64,000 bases of DNA from Gammaproteobacteria bacterium (GTDB lineage Bacteria; Pseudomonadota; Gammaproteobacteria; UBA4575), in assembly GCA_965221955.1 (NCBI GenBank), contig CBDCTA010000018.1, positions 128,001 to 192,000 of the forward strand, read 5' to 3'. The notes beneath the pieces are model-generated. The model made no database searches. It saw nothing but the letters and a program-made list of their open reading frames with translations, and was not told the origin of the DNA. This document shows, in pieces, positions 9,920 through 20,039 of this stretch; positions within the stretch are counted from its first letter, which is position 1, and the number at the start of each line of letters is the position of its first letter. Position numbers and translations under genes: made by a program.

Positions 9920-11707
9920 TTAAGTGGCAATAGCAGTATCCACATTGCGCTGCAACCATAGCTCTAATAAGGCTAAATGCCAAAGCTTACTACCTTGTAA
10001 AGGCGTCATGAACTCCTCAGGTTTATTTAATAGCTTATTCACATAATCTCTCTGAAATAACCCTCGCTGTCTACAAGCGTGAGAATTTAAAATATCCTGC
10101 ATGAAACATAAGAATTCTCCACGCACATATTTAAGCGCAGGAACTGGAAAGTAACCTTTTTTACGATCAATCACTTTATCGGGTAACAATCCTCGAGCAA
10201 TTTTTTTGAGCAAATACTTTCCAGAATTTTTAATTTTATATTCTGTTGGTATCTGCATCGCCAACTCTACTAATTCATGATCCAAAAAAGGCACTCGCGC
10301 CTCTAAACCAAATGCCATCGTCATGTTGTCCACGCGTTTTACAGGATCATCGACAATCAAAGTAGTCACATCCATATGTAATACCGCGGCTAAGAAATCT
10401 TGAGTGTCCGCCGCATCTAATAGTTGCGTCATTTTTTCTGTTGTAAAATCTTCTGCAATAAAATCAGTACTTAAAGTTTCTACAATTTCTGCATGACTAC
10501 GATCAAAATAATGTTTAGCAAAACTCTCAACTGAAAATTTATTTTCTGCCTGCATCTTCGGATACCAAAAGTAACCCCCGAATACTTCATCCGCACCTTG
10601 ACCAGACTGTACTACGGAAATATGTTGGCTGACTTGTTCGGCTAATAAATAAAATGCTACTGCATCTTGACCCACCATAGGTTCAGCCATTTGCTCAACA
10701 GCTTCAGGCAACCTTTTCATGACCTCTTCATTCTGAATATAGAACTTATGATGTTGTGTAGAAAACCTTTCTACTACGGCATCCGAATACTCAAACTCGT
10801 TACCTTGCTCTTCAGGTTGATCTTCAAAACCAACCGAATAAGTTCGTATATCGTTTACACCCGATTCTGCTAGCAAACCCACTAACAAACTTGAATCCAA
10901 ACCACCCGACAACAATACACCAACGGGCACATCTGCTATATGTAATCTTCGTTCAACTGCTAATCTTAATGCAGCATGTATTGCTTCAATCCATTCTTCC
11001 TCTGAATATTGTTGATCAATTCTATTTGCATGTAGCTCCCAATAACGTTGGGTAACTACCTTGCCATGTTTATTTACTACTATGTAATGAGCAGGCGGAA
11101 CCTTACGAATACCTTTGAGGATTGTGGTTGGTGCAGGCACTACAGCATGCAAGGTTAAATGATGATGCAATCCGACAGAATCAAACTCTGTATTCACTCC
11201 TCCTGCTGCCAGCAATGCCTGCGAATTAGATGCAAATCGAAAATAATTTTTATGTTGTGAATAATAAAGTGGCTTAATGCCTAAACGGTCACGCGCTAAA
11301 AAAAGTTCTTGTTTGCTTTCATCCCATATTGCAAACGCAAACATACCAATCAACTTCGCAACACAGTCGTTCCCCCACTCTGCATAGGCCTTGAGAATAA
11401 CTTCAGTATCACCGGTTGAACGAAAATGGTGGCCTTTGTGTAAAAGTTTTTCGCGCAACTCGGGATAATTATAAATCGTGCCGTTAAATACAATGGTTAA
11501 TTTATTTGCCTCATCATGCATAGGTTGATTCGCATTTTCAGACAAATCTATTATCGACAAACGTCTATGCCCAAATCCGATTGATTTAGAAAGATAGATT
11601 CCTTCATTATCAGGCCCACGCCTTTGCAACGGCACAAGCATTCGTTGCAATACTTGTTTACTAGCAGTGGTTTGATCCAAGCGCAATTCACCGCATATTC
11701 CACACAT
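9920..11707 (-). CDS. AsnB-family glutamine amidotransferase, N-acetylglutaminylglutamine amidotransferase-like
   Basis: N-terminal MCGICG (Ntn Cys), LLSGGLDSS, SGQGADEVFGGY, LIVDDPVKRVDNMTMA, GSKLWHLALLELWL. Confidence 0.8.
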   Translation of the reverse strand: MCGICGELRLDQTTASKQVLQRMLVPLQRRGPDNEGIYLSKSIGFGHRRLSIIDLSENANQPMHDEANKLTIVFNGTIYNYPELREKLLHKGHHFRSTGDTEVILKAYAEWGNDCVAKLIGMFAFAIWDESKQELFLARDRLGIKPLYYSQHKNYFRFASNSQALLAAGGVNTEFDSVGLHHHLTLHAVVPAPTTILKGIRKVPPAHYIVVNKHGKVVTQRYWELHANRIDQQYSEEEWIEAIHAALRLAVERRLHIADVPVGVLLSGGLDSSLLVGLLAESGVNDIRTYSVGFEDQPEEQGNEFEYSDAVVERFSTQHHKFYIQNEEVMKRLPEAVEQMAEPMVGQDAVAFYLLAEQVSQHISVVQSGQGADEVFGGYFWYPKMQAENKFSVESFAKHYFDRSHAEIVETLSTDFIAEDFTTEKMTQLLDAADTQDFLAAVLHMDVTTLIVDDPVKRVDNMTMAFGLEARVPFLDHELVELAMQIPTEYKIKNSGKYLLKKIARGLLPDKVIDRKKGYFPVPALKYVRGEFLCFMQDILNSHACRQRGLFQRDYVNKLLNKPEEFMTPLQGSKLWHLALLELWLQRNVDTAIAT

Positions 11708-11862
11708 TATTACTTCCCTGAACTAAGTTATTTTTTTAACTTGTGAATGCCCGCATATTTTTTCATCAATAAAGTATTACTATTAATGTACTAACAACAG
11801 ATAAACCAAATGAAAATTAGATTGTATTACACTTTAGTTCTTAAAAATATTGCATAGAAGTT

Positions 11863-13026
11863 GTGAAAATTATTGCTAGCTGGTCAAATTCAATATCCAA
11901 CATCCCAAAAAAAGACTGGAACGCGCTTAAAAGCAAAAACGCGCTTTCAAGCTGGGGCTGGTTGCGTACGATTGAGGAGACAGCCTCTCAAAATTGGAGG
12001 CTTTTATACTTACTTCTACATGACGACAATAACCAGCTAATCGGTGCAGCTATATGCCAAACGATTAACCAATCTACTGATGACCGCATGGATGCTCTCA
12101 TTTTTGGGCGACTACAAAGATTAGCGAGGCATTCTCATCTTTCAATGGCTCCTGCCTTGGCTTGCGGATCTTGTGGCACATATGGAGTACATTTACTTAC
12201 TTACTCTGCTATCTCATCAAATAAACAGTACATTATAGAAAATTATTTACTTGACTCGATTGAATCCAAAGCACGCGAATTGAAATTACCACTCGCTTTT
12301 GTGCATGTACTGGAATCTCAGCAAAACCTGATTGAAAAACTTAAAAAACGTAAATTTATCGGCACATCTATCCCACCAATGACTCAACTTGATGTTACTT
12401 GGAAAGAGTTTTCAGGTTACGAATTACATACTAAAAATATTTCTCTTAATTCTTTCAAAATGATTAGAAAAGAACGTAACCGAAATAAACACGAAGGAGT
12501 AGTCATTGAAGTTTTAAATGACGTTGAACAGCATCAAGAACGTTTAATTGAACTACTTAATATGACCACCCTTAAATATAGTGGCGTACCTTTTTGGTAT
12601 AAAGATAATTTCTTTTCTAAATTAAAAGAAAATCTTGCCAATGAAGCTGTTATCTTTGCTGCGTGGAAACAAAATAAATTGGTTGGTGTCTGCGTATTAT
12701 TATGTAGTACTGACGAGGGGTTTTTAACAGAAATAGGGGTTGATCATGAATTCTGTGGAAATGATTTTACCTATTTCAACATCGCTTACTATACTCCAAT
12801 TGAATGGGCTATAAATAACAATTTAAGAAAACTTCATCTTGATAACGCACTACAAGAATTAAAACTTCGCCGCGGTTTTTATCTCGTAAATGATTATTTT
12901 TACTATAAACCGAATAGTCTTATCTGTCGTTATACAGTACGTTGGTTATTTAATTTACACACTAGATGGTTTCAGTATAAGCATGCTCATTTGAAACGTT
13001 GGCATAGTCTTGGACAAAAGACTTGA
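11863..13026 (+). CDS. GNAT/FemAB-like (BioF2-type) acyltransferase-fold protein
   Basis: SISNIPKKDWNAL N-terminus, IRKERNR, FTYFNIAYY and LKLRRG; paralog of 20040 and 21263. Confidence 0.7.
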   Translation: MKIIASWSNSISNIPKKDWNALKSKNALSSWGWLRTIEETASQNWRLLYLLLHDDNNQLIGAAICQTINQSTDDRMDALIFGRLQRLARHSHLSMAPALACGSCGTYGVHLLTYSAISSNKQYIIENYLLDSIESKARELKLPLAFVHVLESQQNLIEKLKKRKFIGTSIPPMTQLDVTWKEFSGYELHTKNISLNSFKMIRKERNRNKHEGVVIEVLNDVEQHQERLIELLNMTTLKYSGVPFWYKDNFFSKLKENLANEAVIFAAWKQNKLVGVCVLLCSTDEGFLTEIGVDHEFCGNDFTYFNIAYYTPIEWAINNNLRKLHLDNALQELKLRRGFYLVNDYFYYKPNSLICRYTVRWLFNLHTRWFQYKHAHLKRWHSLGQKT

Positions 13027-14278
13027 ATTTTCCTGCAGCTCCACGTTCAATACGGTTTACGTGCTTTACAAGAATAGTTGCTTTAGGAAACTCTACATGC
13101 AATGCTGATTTAATAGAGTTTTGCAACTCTAAACTAAACTTATTTTTTGGCACTACACAAACTTCAAATTCATTAATATTTATTTGTCTAACTTGAAACT
13201 CACGTATTTGATCAGCCAAAGCATCAAATACGCCAATAAAAGCGGTGGGTGATTTCAGACTACCATCATCACATATAGCAAAGTCCACCAATCTACCCGA
13301 CAAATTATTCATAAGTAAAAATGTTCTACCACAAGAACATTGCTTTAAATTACAACTGCCTATGTCACCGATTCGATATCGAATAAATGGCATGGTTAAA
13401 TTATTTAGTATGGTAAAAGTGAGCTCGCCTTTTTCTCCTGGTGGCAGCGGATTCTGATCTTGATCAAGAAATTCAATTAACACACAATCTTCTGCAACGT
13501 GATAGCCACTATGTTCTTTACATTCGTATGCTATATTACCCGCCTCATAGGTACCATAAACATCAATTACATCAGCAGAAAATGCTTTTCTTATTAGGTT
13601 ACGTGTCCCTAACGAGAGCATTTCAGAATCAGTGAAAACAAGCTTAGGCTTAGATATTTCTATTTTCTGGTCAATAATTTCCTGTGCAATTAGCCCTAAT
13701 TCTGAACCATATCCTTGAATAATTTTTGGACGTATTTTATTTATTAGTTCTATTTGCCTAAGCGTGTTTGAATTTGCATAGCAAAATGTTTCTTTTAATA
13801 TTCCAATTTTTTGTATCAAAGATTGTTGTACTCCCGACTCACTACAAAAACGCAAAACATGATCAGTAATTTTCCTGCCATTAGTCAAATATGGTCTTAA
13901 ATATTGAGCCTTGCGAAATTGGTTATATTCGTGATCCACAAAAAATTCCAATGACAAGCCACTTGACCCAGAAGTTTTGATAGATTTCAGCAGCTCGATT
14001 TGGCTATTTTTATCTAAGTAACTTGAAATATTTTCTGTGTGATAATCTTTTTTTGAGATTGTCGGAAAATACTTTAAATCATTTATCGTTTGTATATCTG
14101 TAGGTTTAACCCCTGCCTGATCAAAAAGATGCTTATAAAACGGGACGTTTTGATACGCATGACTTACAAGGTAACGCAATCTATTCAACTGGTACGCAAG
14201 GATAAACTTTCTTGATTTTCTTTCATTTCGCATCAGTCTATAAAGATGCGAGTATTTATTTTTTATCGGCGAGATCAC
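12962..14278 (-). CDS. CapK/phenylacetate-CoA ligase-like adenylate-forming enzyme
   Basis: AYQNVPFY, KTSGSSG P-loop, DVYGTYEAG, MPFIRYRIGD and GKFKSFV. Confidence 0.85.
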   Translation of the reverse strand: MISPIKNKYSHLYRLMRNERKSRKFILAYQLNRLRYLVSHAYQNVPFYKHLFDQAGVKPTDIQTINDLKYFPTISKKDYHTENISSYLDKNSQIELLKSIKTSGSSGLSLEFFVDHEYNQFRKAQYLRPYLTNGRKITDHVLRFCSESGVQQSLIQKIGILKETFCYANSNTLRQIELINKIRPKIIQGYGSELGLIAQEIIDQKIEISKPKLVFTDSEMLSLGTRNLIRKAFSADVIDVYGTYEAGNIAYECKEHSGYHVAEDCVLIEFLDQDQNPLPPGEKGELTFTILNNLTMPFIRYRIGDIGSCNLKQCSCGRTFLLMNNLSGRLVDFAICDDGSLKSPTAFIGVFDALADQIREFQVRQININEFEVCVVPKNKFSLELQNSIKSALHVEFPKATILVKHVNRIERGAAGKFKSFVQDYANVSNEHAYTETI

Positions 14279-14339
14279 GAATATAGATTACAAAAATAAA
14301 TTTAAGATCATCAAAACAAATATTAATTTTCACTTATCT

Positions 14340-16229
14340 TTAGTTCACGTCTATGAAATTTCGAAACCAAATTTCCATAGATAACATCCTCCATCCTACC
14401 TCCACATATCTACGCACGTATTTCTGACCAATATATTTTGAAGCAAACAAGGTATGTAATTTATTTTTGTCGAGTATGCCGCGCTGTAAACATTTAGTAG
14501 ATAATAATATTTCACTTAGCATTTTATAATTAGACTCTGAAGACAACCATTGCCCATAAGGCGCAGGAAAACCTAATTTTACTTTTCTGCGTATAATTTT
14601 TTTTGGCAAATCGTCAATCAATGCTTCTCTAAGTATTCTCTTTGTCCATCCATTACTGATTTTTTGTTCACTTGGTAACGCAAAACAGAATTCCACCAAT
14701 CTATGATCAAGAAATGGAGCACGAGACTCTACTGAAAATGCCATGCTTGCGGCATCACATCCATGCAAACTTTCGGGTAAGCCTGCATAAGAAAAGTCAT
14801 GCCACAATGCATTATCTAGTCTGTTCAAAAAAGGCTTATGAATATCATTAGATAGCTTAGCACCTCTTTTTTTCAACAAACTAACTTCACCAAATTGATT
14901 TCTAAATTCTCTAGTAGCGCACTGCTTCCACGGATATGTTGGTAATAGTTTTTTTGTAGAATTTAATAGCGTTGTAATGAAATAATTATTTTTATAACCA
15001 CCTATTGCATTTAGTTGGTTTATTTCTTGCACCAATTTCTTGAGTCGATTCCATTGTTTTTTTTGCTTAATTTCATGCAAACTATCTAACAAATATGGTG
15101 TAACAAAAAAACTGTAGCCCGCTAAAAGCTCGTCACTTCCTGTTCCTTCCAACATTACTCTTACATCTTGGCTCGCTTGCCTCATGACCGCCCAATGAGG
15201 AAGCCTCCCACGTATTGCTGTAGGCGCATCATGATGCCAGACAATCTCTTGAATTAAATCAATCGTATTTTTTGCATCTGGCTCAACCCAATGAATTTCG
15301 CATTTTGCTTTATCTGCAACGATACTTGCGTAACCACTTTCGTCATATGGCTGACCTAAATAACGCAGAGAATAACAATCAGGATGCACATCTTCATTCG
15401 CCGCCAATCTAACAATTGCTGACGAATCAAGACCGCCACTTAAAGCAGCACCTAAAGGAACATCACTACGCAATCGCAAACGAGTTGCATCTCTCAATAG
15501 TTCCTTAAATAAATCAACATTCTCTTCAATAGCTAAGGTATTAACATCAGAACCAATTTCCCAATATTTTTGCTTATCCACCCCACCATTCTCAGCAAAA
15601 GTCATATAGGTAGCTGGAGATACGGTTTTAATGTTTGCAAAAAAAGTTTGCTCCCCGACGTCTGGAGACCCTCCCATTAAGTAAGAATGAATTTCTTCAA
15701 AATTAGCTTGTTTTTCTTCTGGAAAAGCTGCAAGTATTGCTTTTGCTTCTGATGAAAAAACTATTCTATTCCCTAAAATAGAATAATACAGCGGCTTAAT
15801 ACCAAAGCGGTCTCTACACAGAGTCAGTTTTTTATTCGCTAAATCCCATATTGCTAAGGCCCACATTCCATTAAACTTACTAAATGCTAACGTGCCCCAA
15901 CATTTGAATGCATTTAATACAACTTCAGTATCACCACTTGTTCGAAATAAATAGCCTAATGTTATTAGCTCAGCACGAAGCTCTTTATAATTATGCACTT
16001 CACCGTTGTAACTTATAATGAATTTACTATCATCATCAACCATTGGCTGTAATGACAATTCAGATACATCAATAATACTGAGACGTGTATGCCCTATTCC
16101 AATAGCACCATCTCGCCAAATATCTTGACCATCTGGCCCCCGATGCTTAATAGAATCAAGCATGTTAGTCAATGCATTTTCATCAACTTGCTGGCCATCA
16201 CGCAACCATATTCCCGCGATTCCACACAT
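14340..16229 (-). CDS. asnB: Asparagine synthase (glutamine-hydrolysing) family amidotransferase, polysaccharide-cluster type
   Basis: MCGIAG, HRGPD, RDRFGIKPLY, LSGGLDSS, GSDELLAGY and ESRAPFLD. Confidence 0.88.
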   Translation of the reverse strand: MCGIAGIWLRDGQQVDENALTNMLDSIKHRGPDGQDIWRDGAIGIGHTRLSIIDVSELSLQPMVDDDSKFIISYNGEVHNYKELRAELITLGYLFRTSGDTEVVLNAFKCWGTLAFSKFNGMWALAIWDLANKKLTLCRDRFGIKPLYYSILGNRIVFSSEAKAILAAFPEEKQANFEEIHSYLMGGSPDVGEQTFFANIKTVSPATYMTFAENGGVDKQKYWEIGSDVNTLAIEENVDLFKELLRDATRLRLRSDVPLGAALSGGLDSSAIVRLAANEDVHPDCYSLRYLGQPYDESGYASIVADKAKCEIHWVEPDAKNTIDLIQEIVWHHDAPTAIRGRLPHWAVMRQASQDVRVMLEGTGSDELLAGYSFFVTPYLLDSLHEIKQKKQWNRLKKLVQEINQLNAIGGYKNNYFITTLLNSTKKLLPTYPWKQCATREFRNQFGEVSLLKKRGAKLSNDIHKPFLNRLDNALWHDFSYAGLPESLHGCDAASMAFSVESRAPFLDHRLVEFCFALPSEQKISNGWTKRILREALIDDLPKKIIRRKVKLGFPAPYGQWLSSESNYKMLSEILLSTKCLQRGILDKNKLHTLFASKYIGQKYVRRYVEVGWRMLSMEIWFRNFIDVN

Positions 16230-16409
16230 CTGTAATATTGTTTTTTGGTAAATTCTAATTGGCTTTATTCTTTATTAAAGTTTAGTCAATATATTAAATA
16301 AATACTTGATACAGTAGACATTATTAATTTATACACTAGTTAAAATATGAATTTCTCTTATTCATTTACCACCCATAAATCTTCTGTCAATTCTTAATAA
16401 CTTATTGCA

Positions 16410-17396
16410 ATGAATATATGCATCATAGGCAGCGGATCGATAGGCGGTTTGATTGCTGCAAACCTAGCGCCCAGTGAAAATAAAATTACTGTGTTTGATA
16501 AAGGCGAACATTACGAGGCAATCAAAAATTATGGCCTGAAACTACAACAATTAAATGGAAAGACTGTTTGTATTGATAATTTAGATGTCATTGACAGTCT
16601 AAATACATGCGAACAACAAGATATAATTTTCCTAGCTGTAAAAGCACATCAAATTCGCTCTATTTGCAAAGAAATTCCAAATCTCTTACACGAAAATTCA
16701 ACGTTAGTAACACTACAAAATGGAATTCCATGGTGGTTTTTTCAAAACTATAATGGGAAATTTGATAACCATATACTTAAAACCGTAGACCCTGAAAGCT
16801 CAATTAACGAAAATATTCCAAGCAAGTATGTAATTGGTTGCGTATCTTATCCTGCAGCCGAAATAATCTCTCCAGGATTGATAAAACATATTGAGGGAGT
16901 TCGATTTCCAGTTGGCGAACTAGACGGAACTATTTCCGAAAGGTCAAAATCAGTTTCTACGCTACTTATTAATGCAGGTTTTAAATCACCCATTTTAGAA
17001 GATATCCGCAGCGAAATATGGTTAAAAGCTTGGGGCACACTCGCATTTAACCCTATAAGTGTCTTAACAAAGGCTACAATGTCTCAAATATGTAAATTTC
17101 AAGAGACAAGAGAAATTGTTATACAGTTAATGAAAGAATCTCGAAATATTGCTGAACAACTTGGCATTAAACTCCGAGTACCACTTGAACAACGCCTTAG
17201 AGGCGCAGAAAAAGTAGGTGAGCATAAAACGTCAATGCTACAAGATTTTGAGGCCAAGCGAACATTAGAGTTAGAGGCAACACTTGGCGCCATTATTGAA
17301 TTAGCAGAATTAACCCAAATTGATGTGCCCCACTTAAGAAGCTTATATGCAGTAACAAAACTAGCTGACGTTGTTAACCGTTCAGCATATTGTTGA
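16410..17396 (+). CDS. Ketopantoate reductase (PanE/ApbA)-family 2-oxoacid reductase
   Basis: GSGSIG Rossmann motif, LAVKAH, LQNGIPWW, WLKAWG, FNPIS and HKTSMLQD. Confidence 0.85.
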   Translation: MNICIIGSGSIGGLIAANLAPSENKITVFDKGEHYEAIKNYGLKLQQLNGKTVCIDNLDVIDSLNTCEQQDIIFLAVKAHQIRSICKEIPNLLHENSTLVTLQNGIPWWFFQNYNGKFDNHILKTVDPESSINENIPSKYVIGCVSYPAAEIISPGLIKHIEGVRFPVGELDGTISERSKSVSTLLINAGFKSPILEDIRSEIWLKAWGTLAFNPISVLTKATMSQICKFQETREIVIQLMKESRNIAEQLGIKLRVPLEQRLRGAEKVGEHKTSMLQDFEAKRTLELEATLGAIIELAELTQIDVPHLRSLYAVTKLADVVNRSAYC

Positions 17397-17407
17397 CCTA
17401 TTTTTAT

Positions 17408-18850
17408 TTACTTCGAAGCTGCATTTGAACCAAATAAAATATTTTTTAAAAAAACTAAATCGTGATATTTAATCACACCAAAAGAAACCATACTCACGAT
17501 CAATGTTATAAAGATTATTACTAAACGCTCAAAAATTAATTGTTGAGAAAAAAACAGCCCTGCAAGAACGAGCATCACCGAAACACTTACCGGCTTCCAA
17601 ATAGAAGAAAATAAGTTTGTGAAATAGGACGTGTTTTTGAGCAATAAGCATAGTGCAATACTTAAAAATGCTTCAGAGAAAACCAATGAATACGCCAAAC
17701 CTATATGGCTCTTTATATATACTAAAGGTACAGCGACAACCACAAAAAACAACAGTGCCACTAATTTAACCTTTGATAAATCGGATTGATAATCTTCTGC
17801 AATCGCTAACATTATCAAATAAGAATTTAAGCCTCGAAATACAAGCACCCAAGAAACCACTTGGAAAACAGCAATAGACTTAACAAATTCTCCACCGAAT
17901 AGAAGAGTTATTATTTCTTTACTAAAAATAAATAATAATGCTGCTAAAGGAAGTGTAAAAATTAAAAGTAGGCGCAAACAACGCACTGCTAGCACAATCA
18001 TTGTCGATCGATCTTGTACTGCTAAGCGCGTCATTGCAGGGAATATTGCACCAACAAACATTACATGAAGCATTCCAGCTGCAACAACCAACCTTTCCGC
18101 CGAAGTAAAATAACCAACAGCTTCTTCTGAGTGCATAAATGTTAATAAAATAATACCTAGTCTTTCGTATAGAATGCTAATGATAATTAACGAGAAAAAA
18201 GGCCACGCATTAATAACAAGCTCTTTAATTTCACCAATGCTAAAATTAGTGATCAATGCTCCATATCTTTGCACTGAAACATAAACCAACCACACTAATA
18301 CAAATAATGCACAAACTGGAAAAACAGCAATAACAGCAACAGGTTCATGCAATTGCCATATCAAAATTAAACCGAAAATAACTCGTAATACTTGCCTAAC
18401 AATATCTGAATAAGCAACAAAACTCATTTCCTCACGCGCTTGAAAACGTGTGCAAAATAAACCCGTCCACTTAACAACAATATTATAAGCAACGATCAGC
18501 AATATCATGCTATAAAGTCTGTCGCTCATCGGAATGAGCTCACACACAATAAAAGCAATACAGAAAATACAAATTCCCGTTAAAACTTCGAATGGCGCTA
18601 AAGAACCGATTATTTTTTTTTCAACATTTAAATCTTGGCTCATACTTTTTAATGCCAAGGAATGTGTTCCCACACTTATAAAAATACTACTAAGTGCACC
18701 TATTGCCATAGCAAAGGAATAATCACCCAATGTTCCTGCTCCAAAAATACGTGCAAAGTAAACCACGAAAATAAAATTGACAATTTGCGCTACTCCTTGC
18801 CCGATTGTCATCACAAATGTATTGCGAAAAATTTTACGCTCAGTTTCCAT
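17408..18850 (-). CDS. wzx: Wzx-type polysaccharide flippase
   Basis: KIFRNT...ARIFGAGTLGDYS, AVGYFTSAERL and AIFPAM; about 12-14 TM segments. Confidence 0.85.
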   Translation of the reverse strand: METERKIFRNTFVMTIGQGVAQIVNFIFVVYFARIFGAGTLGDYSFAMAIGALSSIFISVGTHSLALKSMSQDLNVEKKIIGSLAPFEVLTGICIFCIAFIVCELIPMSDRLYSMILLIVAYNIVVKWTGLFCTRFQAREEMSFVAYSDIVRQVLRVIFGLILIWQLHEPVAVIAVFPVCALFVLVWLVYVSVQRYGALITNFSIGEIKELVINAWPFFSLIIISILYERLGIILLTFMHSEEAVGYFTSAERLVVAAGMLHVMFVGAIFPAMTRLAVQDRSTMIVLAVRCLRLLLIFTLPLAALLFIFSKEIITLLFGGEFVKSIAVFQVVSWVLVFRGLNSYLIMLAIAEDYQSDLSKVKLVALLFFVVVAVPLVYIKSHIGLAYSLVFSEAFLSIALCLLLKNTSYFTNLFSSIWKPVSVSVMLVLAGLFFSQQLIFERLVIIFITLIVSMVSFGVIKYHDLVFLKNILFGSNAASK

Positions 18851-18867
18851 TGATCAATTTTCAATAA

Positions 18868-20004
18868 TTATCTTTGCAGTAGTTGAAGCAATATTTTTCC
18901 TATTAGTGGTCCAGGATCAGTTAATGCATAGGGGTTTCCGACACGCTTGCCTTTTAATTCTTTAATTGCGTTACGAATTATGGAAATTCGATTAGTTCGT
19001 TCTTTGCTTTCTCGAAAAACACTTCGTACGTATTGAGAAGGATTCCAATACTTAATGCCTTCGGCATAATCATTTTCGTCTTTTGGAACAATCTCTCTAC
19101 CAAGAGTTGCTTGACAAGTAAGCTCTGGTAAATCAATCCCACAACCGATTGGAAAGTTTACTGCACCTGAAAAACGTGCATTTATCTCAATAAGCTTCAT
19201 TTGCCCATCATTTGCATCCAGCTTAAACTCAATATCTGCAGGCCCTTTCCACTCTAACTTCTGAAACATTGGCAGAACCGACTCTAATAACTCAGGCATT
19301 CGTCTACTTACCGCCACAGCTGTAACTCCAGTTACAGGAGGACTTAAACGAAATTTTTGAAACACAAACTGACAAACAGGATTACTATTCGCATCAAACA
19401 CAACGTGCAATGCAAAATTATTTAAATCAGGACCTGGAACATATTCACATATAAAACATTCTCCATATTTTTCTACAGTATTCTGATAAACCTGTCTCAC
19501 ACAATTAATATCAGACACCATTTTAACACCTCCCCCACCTCCATAGTTTTTTCTCGACTTGATTACTACAGCCTCTAAAGTTTTATCCGCTAATTTATCT
19601 TCAGCAATTTCAATATGATCTATCAACCGTGAGTGCGGTACATTTAACTCATTACACAATTCTAAAAATTTAAACTTGTCTTCTACTTTATTATAAGAAG
19701 CATGAGATGGAAGCAGCACATTTGAAACCGACATGCACTTATCATTTGCCCTACATATTGCTTCAGCCCCTGCAATTGGTAAAATTACATCAGGCTGGTG
19801 ATTTTCAACTAATTTGCCAATCTCATTAATAAATTCGGGCGCATCTTCATGTGGTAATAACTCATAGCGCTCAACAAACCGGCTATGTAAGTTTAAAGGT
19901 AATTTGCGATCATCTGCTGCAATAACCTCATGACCATTTTTCACAAGCGCGCGTATAACTGCTAATGCGCAATTCCGAGTACAACTAGTAACTAGAATCT
20001 TCAA
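18868..20004 (-). CDS. ATP-grasp carboxylate-amine ligase
   Basis: DKFKF, VIKSR..YGGGGG, CEYVPG, DIEFKLD and LIEINARF. Confidence 0.85.
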   Translation of the reverse strand: MKILVTSCTRNCALAVIRALVKNGHEVIAADDRKLPLNLHSRFVERYELLPHEDAPEFINEIGKLVENHQPDVILPIAGAEAICRANDKCMSVSNVLLPSHASYNKVEDKFKFLELCNELNVPHSRLIDHIEIAEDKLADKTLEAVVIKSRKNYGGGGGVKMVSDINCVRQVYQNTVEKYGECFICEYVPGPDLNNFALHVVFDANSNPVCQFVFQKFRLSPPVTGVTAVAVSRRMPELLESVLPMFQKLEWKGPADIEFKLDANDGQMKLIEINARFSGAVNFPIGCGIDLPELTCQATLGREIVPKDENDYAEGIKYWNPSQYVRSVFRESKERTNRISIIRNAIKELKGKRVGNPYALTDPGPLIGKILLQLLQR

Positions 20005-20039
20005 GATTAAATAATTTAAATTTTTTATAATTTTTCTGA

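Noticed and set aside
12962-13026. 65-bp convergent overlap of the GNAT-like and CapK-like genes
   Set aside because: Only non-conserved C-terminal tails overlap, which is common for convergent genes.
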